Origin: the human T2T-CHM13v2.0 reference genome, Homo sapiens
Strand: one strand, 5' to 3'
NCBI RefSeq assembly: GCF_009914755.1
Contig: NC_060926.1
Length of the DNA stretch: 64,000 bases
A program made the translations under genes and the position numbers. Shown here piece after piece: positions 46,168 through 61,985 of the stretch. Numbering within the stretch: position 1 is the first letter of the stretch; the number at the start of each line of letters is the position of its first letter. The notes under the pieces are model-generated. The model was not told where the DNA came from. It worked only from the letters and a program-made list of their open reading frames with translations, and did not search any database.

Positions 46168-46602
46168 TGTATTATTAGTCCATTTTCAAGCTGCTGATAA
46201 AGACATACCCAGGACTGGGCAATTTACAAAAGAAAGAGGTTTATTGGACTTACAGTTCCACATGGCTGGGGAGAGGCCTCACAATCATGGTGGAAGGTGA
46301 AAGGCAAGTCTCACATGGTGGCCGCAAGAGAGAGAATGAGAACCAAGTGAAACAGATTTCCCCTTATCCAACCATCAAATCTCGTGAGACTTATTCACTA
46401 TCACGAGAACAGTATGGGGGAAACCACCCCCATGATTTAATTATCTCCCAATGGGTCTCTCCCACAACACATGGGAATTATGGGATTACAATTCAACATG
46501 AGATTTGGATGAGAGACACAGAGCCAAACCATATTATGAGCCAAATGTTGATTACAATTCAACATGAGATTTGGGTGGGGGACACAGAGCCAAGCATATT
46601 AT
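46168..46602 (-). mobile_element. THE1B-like solo LTR at the PPT/3'LTR junction of the MaLR, with a duplicated terminus
   Basis: gctgctgataaagacataccc...aatttacaaaagaaagaggtttattggacttacag. About 53 bp is repeated at 46484-46537 and 46550-46602. Confidence 0.88.
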
Positions 46603-47925
46603 TTGATATGGTTTGGATCTGTGTCCCCCGCCCAAATCTCATATTGAATTGTAATCTCCAGTACTGGTAGAGGGACCTGGTAGGAGGTGACTAGATCATG
46701 GGGGTGAGTATCCCGCTTGCTGTTCTCATGATAATGAGTGAGTTCTCATAAGATCTGGTTGCTGAAAAGTGTGCAGCACTTCCCCCTTCACTCCCTCTCT
46801 TGCCACCATGTGAAAATATGCTTGCTTCCCCTTCGCCCTTCTGCCACGACTGTAAGTTTCCTGAGGCCTCCCAGCCTCACCAGCCATGCCTTCTGTATGG
46901 CATCTGGAACTATGAGTCAATTGAACCTCTTTTCTTTATAAGTTATCCATTCTCTGCCAGCTTTTTATAGCAGTGTGAGAAGAAGATAATACAATTGGTT
47001 CCTTTCACTCAGTAATATGCATTCATGTTTCCTTCATGTCTTTTCACCGATTGATAGCTAATTTCCTTGCAGCACTCAAGTTTTCTTGTCTGCATATACC
47101 ACAGTTTATTTATTCAGTCACCTACTGAAGGACATCTTGCTGGCTTCCAAGTTTTGGCAATTATGAATAAAGCTGCTATAAGTATCTGTGCTATAAGTTT
47201 TTGTGTGAATGTGTTTGTAATTTTTTTGAGTAAATACCAAGGAGTGCAATTCATGGATCATATGGTAAGAGTAGTTTCAATTTTGTAATAAATTGGTAAA
47301 CTGTCTTCCAAAATGGCTATACCAGTTTTCATGCCTACTAGCAATAAATGAGAGTTCCTGCTGCTCCATTCTCACCAGCTTTTGGTGTTGTTAGTGTTAT
47401 GGATTTTGGCCATTTTAATAGATGTGTATTGCCTATTGATCTATTTGGTATCTCATTGTTTCAATTTGGATTTCTCTGATGACATGATATGGAATATCTT
47501 TTCATATGCCTATTTGCCATTTGTATATCTTCCTAGCTGGAGTGACTGGTAAAGTTTTTGGTTCATTTTTAAATTAGGTTGTTAGTTTTCTTATTGTTGA
47601 GTTTTAAGCATTCTTTGTATATTTTGGATAACAGTGCTTTATCAGATGTTCTTTGCAAATATTTTCTTCCAGTCTGTGGCTTGTCTTTTTAGCCTCTTGA
47701 TAGTGTCTTTGGTAGAGCATAAATTTTTAATTTTAATGAAATCCAACTTATCAATTTATTATTTCATATATTGTGCCTTTGATATTATATTTAAAAAGTC
47801 ATCACCAAATCTAAGGTCATCTAGATTTTTCTTCTATGTAATCTTCTAGGAATTTTATAGATTTTTGTTTTAAATTTAGGTCTGTGATCCATTTTGAGTT
47901 AATTTTGTAAATGGTATAAGGCCTG

Positions 47926-48272
47926 TGTCTTAGTGTGTTTTATGCTGATGTGACAGAATACCTGAGGCTGGGTAATTTATCAAAAAAAAAAAGAAATTTA
48001 TTTATCACAGTTCTTAACTGGAAAGTCAAAGATCAACATACCATCATCTCAGGAGGGCCTTCTTGCTGTATCATCAAATGGTGGAAAGCATCACATAGTA
48101 GAAAGGCAGAGAGTGCAAGAGAGCAAACCCTCTCTGGCAAGCCCCATTTTATAATGGCATTAATTTATTTATCAGGATAGAACACTCCTGACCTCAATAC
48201 CTTCCAACCCTGTCACATTGGGAGTTATGTTTGCAACACATGAATTCTGGGAAACACATTCAAACCATAGCA
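47926..48272 (-). mobile_element. Older MST-family solo LTR
   Basis: tgtcttagt...caaaccatagca termini. 5-bp TSD gcctg/gtctg. Confidence 0.8.
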
Positions 48273-49627
48273 GTCTGTGTCTAGATTCTTCTTTGCTTTT
48301 TGCTTTTGCATGTGGATGTTCAGTCGTGTTAGCACCATTTATTGAAAAGATTATTTTTGCTTCACTGTATTGCTTTTACTCCTTTGTCAAAGATCAGTTG
48401 ACTATATTTTTTGTAGGTTCATTACTGGGCTCTCTACTCTTTTTCATTGATCTATTTGTCTGTCCTTTTATCAATACTACACTGTCTTGATTACTGTGGT
48501 TTTGTAGCAAGTCTTAAAGTTAGGTAGTGTCAGTCCTCCAACTTTGTGCTTCTCCTTTAAAACTGTGTTAGCTATTATGAGTCTTTTGCCTCTCCATACA
48601 AACTTTAGAATCACTTTGTCAGAATCATAAAATAACTTGCTGGTATTTTCATTGGGATTGGATTATATCTATAGATGAAGTTGCGAAGAACTGACATCCT
48701 GACAATTTTGAGTCTATCTATGAACATGAAATATCTGTCCCTGTATTACTTATTTCATCAAAGTTTTACAGTTTTTCTTATAAAGGTCTTGTATATGTTT
48801 TGTTCCATTTATACCTAAATATTTAATTTTGAGTGGTGCTAATGCAAATGATATTTGTGTTTCCAATTTCAAATTACATTTGTTTATTGCTGGCATATAG
48901 AAAAGCAATCGAGTTTTGTGTATTAACCTTGTATTTTGCAACCCTGCTATAATCACTTAGTTCCAGGAGTTTTTTGGTCAATTCTTCCAGATTTTCTACA
49001 TGGACAATCATATCATCTGCAAACAAAGATAATTTTATTTCTCTCTTCCCAAGATTCATGGGAAGAGAGAAATTCCTTTTTCTAGTTGTATTGCATTAGT
49101 ATTGCATACTTCCAGTATGATACAAAAATTAGTTGTGAGAGGGGACATCTTCCCTTGTTCACAATCTTAGTGGGAAAGCTTCAACTTTTTCACCATTAAG
49201 TATGATGTTAGTTGTAGGTTTTTTATAAATAGATAATTTTCTTTGAATTATTTACTTTTTAATTGACAATTAAAATTATATATATTTATTACGTACGAGA
49301 TAATGTCTTGAAACATATATATCTTTCTATATATATATGTATACATTTATATATATATACACACACACACATAGTGGAATGGCTAACTCAGGCTAATTAA
49401 CATATGTGTTACTTCACAATTTACCATTTTTTGAGGTGAGAACACTTAAAATCTACTCTTGGCAATCTTTTAGAATACAATACATTGGGGAGGAGCCAAG
49501 ATGGCAGAATAGGAACAGCTCCGGTCTACAGCTCCCAGCGTGAGCGACGCAGAAGACGGTGATTTCTGCATTTCCATCTGAGGTACCGGGTTCATCTCAG
49601 TAGGGAGTTCCAGACAGTGGGCACAGG

Positions 49628-49936
49628 TCAGTGGGTGCGCGCACCGTGCGCAAGCCGAAGCAGGGCGAGGCATTGCCTCACTTGGGAAGCGCAAGGGGTC
49701 AGGGAGTTCCCTTTCTGAGTCAAAGAAAGGGGTGATGGACGGCACCTGGAAAATTGGGTCACTCCCACCCGAATACTGCGCTTTTCTGACGGGCTTAAAA
49801 AATGGCGCACCACAAGATTATATCCCGCACCTGGCTCAGAGGGTCCTATGCCCACAGAGTCTCGCTGATTGCTAGCACAGCAGTCTGAGATCAAACTGCA
49901 AGGCAGCAGGGAGGCCAGGGGAGGGGCGCCTGCCAT
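49628..49936 (-). CDS. L1 antisense ORF0 (open, 102 aa) driven by the L1 antisense promoter
   Basis: MAGAPPLASLLPCSLISDCCASNQRDSVG... matches primate L1 ORF0. ATG at 49936 in context ggcaATGG. Donors CAG|gtgcgg (49831) and CAG|gtgccg (49746) are intact. Confidence 0.8.
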   Translation of the reverse strand: MAGAPPLASLLPCSLISDCCASNQRDSVGIGPSEPGAGYNLVVRHFLSPSEKRSIRVGVTQFSRCRPSPLSLTQKGNSLTPCASQVRQCLALLRLAHGARTH

Positions 49937-50391
49937 TGCCCAGCCTTGATTAGGTAAACAAAGCAGCTGGGAAGCTCGAACTGGGTGGAGCCCACCACAG
50001 CTCAAGGAGGCCTGCCTGCCTCTGTAGGCTCCACCTCTGGGGGCAGGGCACAGACAAACAAAAAGACAGCAGTAACCTCTGCAGACTTAAATGTCCCTGT
50101 CTGACAGCTTTGAAGAGAGCAGTGGTTCTCCCAGCATGCAGCTGGAGATCTGAGAACGGGCAGACTGCCTCCTCAAGTGGGTCCCTGACCACTGACCCCC
50201 GAGCAGCCTAACTGGGAGGCACCCCCCAGCAGGGGCAGACTGACACCTCACACGGCAGGGTATTCCAACAGACCTGCAGCTGAGGGTCCTGTCTGTTAGA
50301 AGGAAGACTAACAAACAGAAAGGACATCCACACCAAAAACCCATCTGTACATCACCATCATCAAAGACCAAAAGTAGATAAAACCACAAAG

Positions 50392-51405
50392 ATGGGGAAA
50401 CAACAGAACAGAAAAACTGGAAACTCTAAAAAGCAGAGCGACTCTCCTCCTCCAAAGGAACTCAGTTCCTCACCAGCAACGGAACAAAGCTGGATGGAGA
50501 ATGACTTTGACGAGCTGAGAGAAGAAGGCTTCAGACGATCAAATTACTCTGAGCTACGGGAGGACATTCAAACCAAAGGCAAAGAAGTTGAAAACTTTGA
50601 AAAAAAATTTAGAAGAATGTATAACTAGAATAACCAATACAGAGAAGTGCTTAAAGGAGCTGATGGAGCTGAAAACCAAGGCTCGAGAACTACGTGAAGA
50701 ATGCAGAAGCCTCAGGAGCCGATGTGATCAACTGGAAGAAAGGGTATCAGCGATGGAAGATGAAATGAATGAAATGAAGCGAGAAGGGAAGTTTAGAGAA
50801 AAAAGAATAAAAAGAAATGAGCAAAGCCTCCAAGAAATATGGGACTATGTGAAAAGACCAAATCTACGTCTGATTGGTGTACCTGAAAGTGATAGGGAGA
50901 ATGGAACCAAGTTGGAAAACACTCTGCAGGATATTATCCAGGAGAACTTCCCCAATCTAGCAAGGCAGGCCAACGTTCACATTCAGGAAATACAGAGAAC
51001 GCCACAAAGATACTCCTCGAGAAGAGCAACTCCAAGACACATAATTGTCAGATTCACCAAAGTTGAAATGAAGAAAAAAATGTTAAGGGCAGCCAGAGAG
51101 AAAGGTCGGGTTACCCTCAAAGGGAAGCCCATCAGACTAACAGCAGATCTCTCGGCAGAAACCCTACAAGCCAGAAGAGAGTGGGGGCCAATATTCAACA
51201 TTCTTAAAAGAATTTTCAACCCAGAATTTCATATCCAGCCAAACTAAGCTTCATAAGCGAAGGAGAAATAAAATACTTTACAGACAAGCAAATGCTGAGA
51301 GATTTTGTCACCACCAGGCCTGCCCTAAAAGAGCTCCTGAAGGAAGCACTAAACATGGAAAGGAACAACCAGTACCAGCCACTGCAAAATCATGCCAAAT
51401 TGTAA
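50392..51405 (+). pseudogene. L1 ORF1, frameshifted
   Basis: ORF1p split across ORFs 50392..50628 and 50588..51247. Frameshifts in the A-run at about 50600-50607 and near 51205. Confidence 0.92.
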
Positions 51406-51468
51406 AGACCATCGAGACTAGGAAGAAACTGCATCAACTAACGAGCAAAATAACCAGCCAACATCATA

Positions 51469-55296
<3,828 letters not shown>

Positions 55297-56889
55297 ACAA
55301 TGAGAACACATGGACACAGGAAGGGGAACATCACACTCTGGGGACTGTTGTGGGGTGGGGGGAGGGGGGAGGGATAGCATTGGGAGATATACCTAATGCT
55401 AGATGACGAGTTAGTGGGTGCAGTGCACCAGCATGGCACATGTATACATATGTAACTAACCTGCACAATGTGCACATGTTCCCTAAAACTTAAAGTATAA
55501 TAAAAAATTAAAAAACAAGAAAAAAAAGAATACAATGCATTGTTATTAACTCTAGTTGACACATTGTACAATAGATCTCTTGAACTTATTTATCCCATCT
55601 AACTGAAATTATGTATCCTTTGACCAACATCTTCCTAACTTTTATCTCCACCCCAGTCCCTCATAACCACAATTCTACTCTAGTATAGATATTCTTTATC
55701 AAGTTAAGGAAGGTCCTCTCTATTCCTAGTTAGAGTTTATATCATAAACGTGGGTTGGAATGTTTTGTAAAATGCTTTTTCTGCATTTATTGATAAGATC
55801 ATGTGATTTTTTTCCTGTATACCCTGTTGATGTGGTAGATTATATTAGTTGAATTATGAATGTTGAGCCAGACTTGCATACCTGGGATAAACCCCACTTA
55901 GTTGTGGTGCTTAGCGTTGTTTTAATTATCATTATTATAGTTTAAATGTGTTTATGGCTTTTCCTTCTGATTTGTAATCCAGACACCTGCAAAATACTCT
56001 AGATATATCAAAGTGAATAAAATTACCTAACGTCTTATTCAGTCAGTGAATGAACAAACCCCTTTGTACCCATTCAAGAGTGTTGATACCATCCCTGTTC
56101 CTTTAAACTAAAATTACTTTGGGTAGCAGGTGAAGGGGATGATGAAAATCATTTGATCTATTTATGATTCTAGTTTTTTACTCTCTTATAATGTGATTAA
56201 ATTTTATTGTTATAGATCCTTTTGCTTTAAAATTAAGATAGAAAAGTCGTTTTTAAAGAAAACTTAAAATGTATGCTTCATCACCCATTTAAAAGGAAGA
56301 TTTTATTTTTAAAATGATGAATACATCAAGGGAAGGCTTTTATTTCTCACCTGTCTGTATTTTAATATAATTTTATTATGAAATAAATTGGTATACTTCA
56401 AGTTGCATTGATGAATTTGGTATTCTAACTTTAAGCCTGAAATATTTCAAGCATTCTCAGATCTGTATAATGGAACCTGGGCTTGTCCTTCCTCTATCCT
56501 CCTAGGTTGCCAGATCATTATGCAAGTGTGGAATGGAAGCAAAATCACTATGTTCAATCTCTTAAAATGGTGAACTCGTTCATATAAGTTGGCAAGTTGA
56601 ATATTGACAACAAATATAGCAAAAAAGAAAGTCAAGTTAAAACTTGTAGCAAGTTTGCTACCACTTACCCAACACCGAGGCTTCTCTCACTCTCCTATCT
56701 CCTGGTAGATACTTAATGCTGTCAAGTGTAAAACTGCCTCACTCCAGACTTACTGTTTCAGGCTTTTCAGTGGGTAAAGTCCTAGTTATAACCTAGCACT
56801 GGCCCTGCCACTGAATATTTATGATAGAGTAGACAAGGACAAAATAAAAAATGAAAAGTTCCCACTAAAACAACACCACCACCACCACA

Positions 56890-57010
56890 CATGGATAGCT
56901 ATGTGAGATGATGGATATATTAATTTGCTTCTGTATAATAATCATTTTACTATCTGTATCTTATCATGTTATATACCATAAATGTACACAATAAAAACTA
57001 TTTAATAACA
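56890..57010 (+). mobile_element. Short L1MA 3' end fragment
   Basis: gatagctatgtgagatgatggatatattaatttgctt...ataaatgtacacaataaaaa. Confidence 0.65.
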
Positions 57011-59134
57011 ACAGAGAAAACAAAAACTAAAGAAATCTGGCATTTTATACAAGCAGCCTGTTTAAGATCTGTGTCTGATCGTCTGCCAGATAAACCAAGC
57101 TTTATTATTCATCCAACATATGATAAATGACCTACCAGGCACTATTACTTTCTTTTTTTTTCTAGCACTATCATAAAGATGAAATAATATATGTCTTTAA
57201 TAGCACATATTTCTAAAATAGATTTCCATTTAATAATCTTAGTTAAGGCCTAAAAAGGATTTAATGAATAATCATACCTCAATATACAGAAATATGAACT
57301 AGCAAAGCACATGTATAATTCTCATTGAAGAGATAATTGAAGAGATGTTTCCCAAGCAAAACACTGTGTGCATTTCTAGAAGTTTGCTGAGATCATGGGG
57401 AAAGCTGTGATTTTCCAGTAACATTTGCACTATATGGCACCAAATCTAGCCATAGCAGATTTGTCAGGGTTATTACATGATATGGCTCCAAGCATCACCA
57501 TCTACTCTTTCAGAAACAAGCTAAAATGTGTTTTTGAACCAGATTTAATTGTAGCAAAGTATGCATGATTTTGTCTCATAAAGCTAACAAGGATGCTGAG
57601 AATGCAGCATGGTCTAATGTTTGAGATGGTCTTTGACTGCTAAGAAAAGAACAGACTCTGAGCAACATCCAGTATCCATGGTAACATGTAGCCTGGCATT
57701 TTCTTTTCACAAAGAGGAAATTATTTCCATTTATTTACACTTTCAAGGATTTCATGCATTATAATATCTGCATTGAACTCAAATCTAGCCTTGCCCTATG
57801 TTCCAAATCGCATTTTAGCCATTTTGTATTATGTAGTAAATTAGTTTCCAGATTGGAAAAAACACTCTCAATCCAAGTAACAATGAATAATATAAAATAA
57901 AATAGAATTAGTGATATAAATGACATATGACCTTATTTCATCTTGGATGAAGGCAATATTGAGAGTTAAAAATCATGTTATATTGTTGCATTTTGGTCAT
58001 TACAACATTTTGGTTCATGGAATTTTCAAGTTCATGTAGAATTAATTCATTAAATAGTTGACCCTGTTAGACAATTTTTTCCCATTTTTATACAGAGTTT
58101 TAAAATATAAATTGAAAAAAACATGATTCTTCTTTTTCCTTCTCTGCCCCCATCTACCCCTTCTTGTCCTCCTCTTCCTTGTCATCCCCCTCCTTTCCTC
58201 CACCACCTCCTCCTCCCTCTCCACAGCCAAATGCATAAGTAAATCAGGACTCTTCATCCACTTGCAGATGAATAGTAAAAGGAGAAAGCTAGAGTGATGA
58301 TCTAACACTGCTGCTGGAAGAGGCCAGCCCACTGGCCTTTACTTTTCAAAGTCAAAAGGGCAACTGGCATTCACTGATAACAAATCACTTGCTTTCTTCT
58401 CAAACCCCTAGAACTGTTTTCCTGTACAGAGCCCAGCTCAGTGATGAGCGATCTTTAATTAAAATCCTCCACATCGTGGATCCAGTGGATGTAGAGAGCC
58501 TTTGTTAAGCAAAATGATCTGCATAGTCTTGTTTTCCTTTGACATTAAATACAAATAAAAGCAAAAATCTCCCTATACTCTGCAAATATGGGTAGAAAAA
58601 CAACATTCCTGCTACATAACCAGACTCTGACGTTTTCCTTTTCCCTCCAAACTGTATCAATCTCTGGGACCCTGGGGTTTCCTCCATTCCAGGGACAGAC
58701 AGAATGCCCTCCCCAACACTTCACTGTTTGAATTGCAACTCTTCCTCTGTCTCCATCAAGGGGCTACAATGTGTAAGCCCACCCCATTTCAGGCTTTAAC
58801 AGCTTGGAATTATCATGTGTCCATCTCTGGCTGTGGGAGCAGACTTATATAAGAACTGGATTGACAGTGAGTGTCCCTTTTCTCACTCCTCAATTCTGCC
58901 ACTGCCATCACCTGACCAAGTGCATATAGACAGGTCACTCTACCTCTCGAGGTCTTCATTTTCTATTTTTAGATGACGGATATCAGACCAGATGATCTAT
59001 ACTGTGGATCTCACTCATCTTAGGGTCCTTTAAGTTCTAAAGTGTCTAATATTTTAATAAACTGTTTCTATATTCCCCACATCAAACAATAACTCCCACA
59101 TCTGGAAAATCAGTTGTTAAAAATATATATATAT

Positions 59135-59826
59135 TAAAAAACCAAATGAACTGACCACACAAGAGCCTGCACATGTATGCTTATATCAGTATTATTCATA
59201 AGTGCCCAAATTTGGAAACAACCAAGATTTGCTTTAATAGGTGAATAGATAAACAAACTATGGTATGTCCATGTAATGGAATAGTATTCAGTGATAAGAA
59301 ATAAGCTGTCAACCATGAAAAGACATGGAGGAACATTAAACACATTCTTCTAAATGAAATAACCCAGTCTGAAAGAATTATATACTGTATTATTTCAGCT
59401 CTATGACATTTTGGAAAAGGCAAAACTAAAGAGACATTAAAGAGACCAGTGGTTGCCAGGGGTAAAGGGGCAGGAAGAGAGGAATGATAGCTGAAGCACA
59501 GGAGACTTTTAGGGCCGTGAAACTATTGTGTGTGATACTGCAATGGTAGATACATGACATTATACATTTGTCAAAACCCATAGAACCCATAATGCAAAGA
59601 GTGAACCTTCATATAAACAATGGAACTTAGTTAATAACAATGTATCGATACTGGTTAATCAATTGTAACAAATATCTCACACCAGTGTAAGATGTTAATA
59701 ACAACGAAACTTTAAGGTAGCAGGAGGAAGCATATGGAACTCATGCACCTCTGTACTTCCTGTTCGATTTTTCTGTGAATCTAAAACTGCTCTAAGAAAT
59801 AAAGTCTATTAATTAGAAAAAAAAAA
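59135..59826 (+). mobile_element. L1MC-type 3' end fragment
   Basis: ttggaaacaaccaagat...tatacatttgtcaaaacccatagaa...ctaaaactgctctaagaaataaagtctatt plus A-tail. Confidence 0.8.
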
Positions 59827-60050
59827 TCAGATCTAATCTTTCCTCAACAAGAATGGAGATTTATGCAGTGGTTCAAGAGAGACATCAGCTCTTAACATAT
59901 ATCTCCTTATTAAGCATCCTGACTAGTAAAAGAGAAATTTCAGGATCCCACACATGTAAAGTAAGTTGGATCCTGATGGGGCCTAGACCAAATCCTGCTT
60001 CTCAGATACTGACTTCTGTGCCTAACTAAAAAGAGGTTAGGGTAACTCTC

Positions 60051-60434
60051 TGTTATGGACTGAATTGTGTCTGCCCTAAAATTCATGTGTTGAAGCCCTA
60101 ACTCTCAGTGTGTCTGTATTTGGAGACAGGGCTATTAAGGGTGTAATTAAAGTTAATGAAGTAACAAGAGTGGGGCCCAAGTCCGTTATGACTGGTGTCC
60201 ATATAAGAAGAGGAAGAGACACTGGGGTGCATGTGCTCAGAGAAAAGACCATGTGAAGACACAGCAAAAAGGGTGTTGTCTGTAAGTCAAGAAGAGCAAC
60301 CTCAGAGGAAACCAAACCAGCTGACACTGTGATCCTGTACTCCTAGCATCCATAATTGTGAAAAAATAAATTCATGTTGTTTAAGCCACCCATTCTGTGG
60401 TATTTTGTTATGGCAGCCCTAACAGACTAACATA
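60051..60434 (+). mobile_element. MLT1 (MLT1B-like) solo LTR
   Basis: tgttatggactgaattgtgtc...gtattttgttatggcagccctaacagactaa. Confidence 0.88.
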
Positions 60435-60945
60435 CTTCTACTCTGGTATTTGATTTAAATAACTTCCATTGTAACCATCATCAAATAATTTCATTTTCTA
60501 GTTATTTTAAATTTAATACTTCATGTTGGCCTGAAAATGAGATTTAATTTTTGGATTTTGTTTTCAGAAGTACACTCGTATTACTTTCAAATACATAATG
60601 ACACCAAACCAGTACCTTAAGCATTATGTTGCAAGATTTGCCTCAGTGAATAGATGTCTGACTTGTGTGGTAGTTCACAGTGTAAGTTCTGGGCAGAGAC
60701 AGATTGTCTTAAACATTTTCATGTTCTTTAAATTGCTAGATATGCCACAAAATACTATACACAAGATTCTTAAAAAATAGTAGTTAATTGATTCAATTGT
60801 TAGCAGCTTAAGAAATTTTGCTAAAAATTAATTAAACCTGTTCTTATTAGAATCTTTATTATTTTTTAAAAATCCTCTTAAGTGATATGCAGAAAAATAA
60901 ATTTCAAATTTTAACTAATGAAAGTTAATACTTTTTCAAACTTAC

Positions 60946-61046
60946 CTTGTCTGAATGTGAAAGTTGTTTGTTGTCCCTGTATGCTCATAATCATGAATGG
61001 CAGCAGCAAAGACCATTGCTAAAATTTCCAGTTCAGTGAGCCAGTG
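60946..61046 (-). CDS. PDE1A: PDE1A coding exon (101 nt), HWLTELEILAMVFAAAIHDYEHTGTTNNFHIQT
   Basis: ttactag| acceptor, AAG|gtaagt donor. Contains the PDEase signature HD-EH-GT-N-F. Confidence 0.97.
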
Positions 61047-61774
61047 CTAGTAAATTACAGAAAGAATCCATTATATTCAAGAAGTAGATAACATCTTTCC
61101 TTTCTTTGAAAAGGACTTTCAGTGCACCCTGTTTATGTAATCATATAAAATTATTTTTCATTTCTTTTAATTTGTTTCCTATTTTACCTCCACTAATTGT
61201 GCAAGATGGATGCTTCATGAAGTCAATGATTGTTTCATGGCATATAAGTTCAAAATTCAGAATATAATTGTCCTTGCTAATTGAAAAAGGAGTAGTTTTC
61301 TATGATTTAAAAGGTGAACCCTAACTGGATTTTGAATTTACAGCCATACATGTTTGGGTTCTTCTGAAATCAATTACAGTTTGGTGATTTTTATCATACA
61401 GCTCATACATTATTAAAATGTCTTTTAGCCCAAGTGTTGTAGAACAATCTACTATGAAAAAAAATTTCATCTAAAAATTAAAAATATTCACTTTCTTACT
61501 AGAGAAAGTGCACTTCATTTTCATGTTTAGAGATTTAGAAGTTTCTGAAATTCACAAATTTTTCTATTCATAACACATAAAAATGGCTGTGCAATTAACT
61601 TCAATAATGTTAAAAGAAAGAATAAATGCTTTCATGTAAAAATCCATGACTATCCGCTTTACATACATTCATCTTTCAGTTACTAACTAGATGCTTTAAC
61701 AAAAGTTCCCTGCTATTATTAGTTCATTTAGAAATAATTCAATAGTTTTTTCATCACTCATATTTTGTAAAACC

Positions 61775-61985
61775 CTTATACTGTACTACCCAATATGGTA
61801 ACCACATGTGACTGTTTAAGTTAAAAATAAAGAAAATTAAGTAAAATTAAATTCACTTTCCCAGTTACACTAGCCACATTACATATGCCCATTGGTCACA
61901 TGTGACAAGTGGTTACCATACAGAACAGCACAGACACAAAACATTTCCATCACCACAGCAAGTTCTACTAGAGAACACTATAAAT
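61775..61985. mobile_element. MER3/MER33-like hAT DNA transposon
   Basis: ccagttacactagccacatt...cacatgtgacaagtggttaccata...aacatttccatcaccacagcaagttcta. Confidence 0.7.

Larger units (their letters stand above)
43744..46993 (+). mobile_element. MaLR (MSTA-like) provirus: 5' LTR 43744-44123, internal region, 3' LTR 46604-46993
   Basis: Both LTRs begin tgatatggtttgg and end taataca. Internal region starts gaaaattggtact and ends in a purine-rich PPT. Confidence 0.9.

Noticed and set aside
58042-58332. Charged low-complexity 96-aa ORF
   Set aside because: It derives from a CT-rich low-complexity tract and has no splice or homology support.
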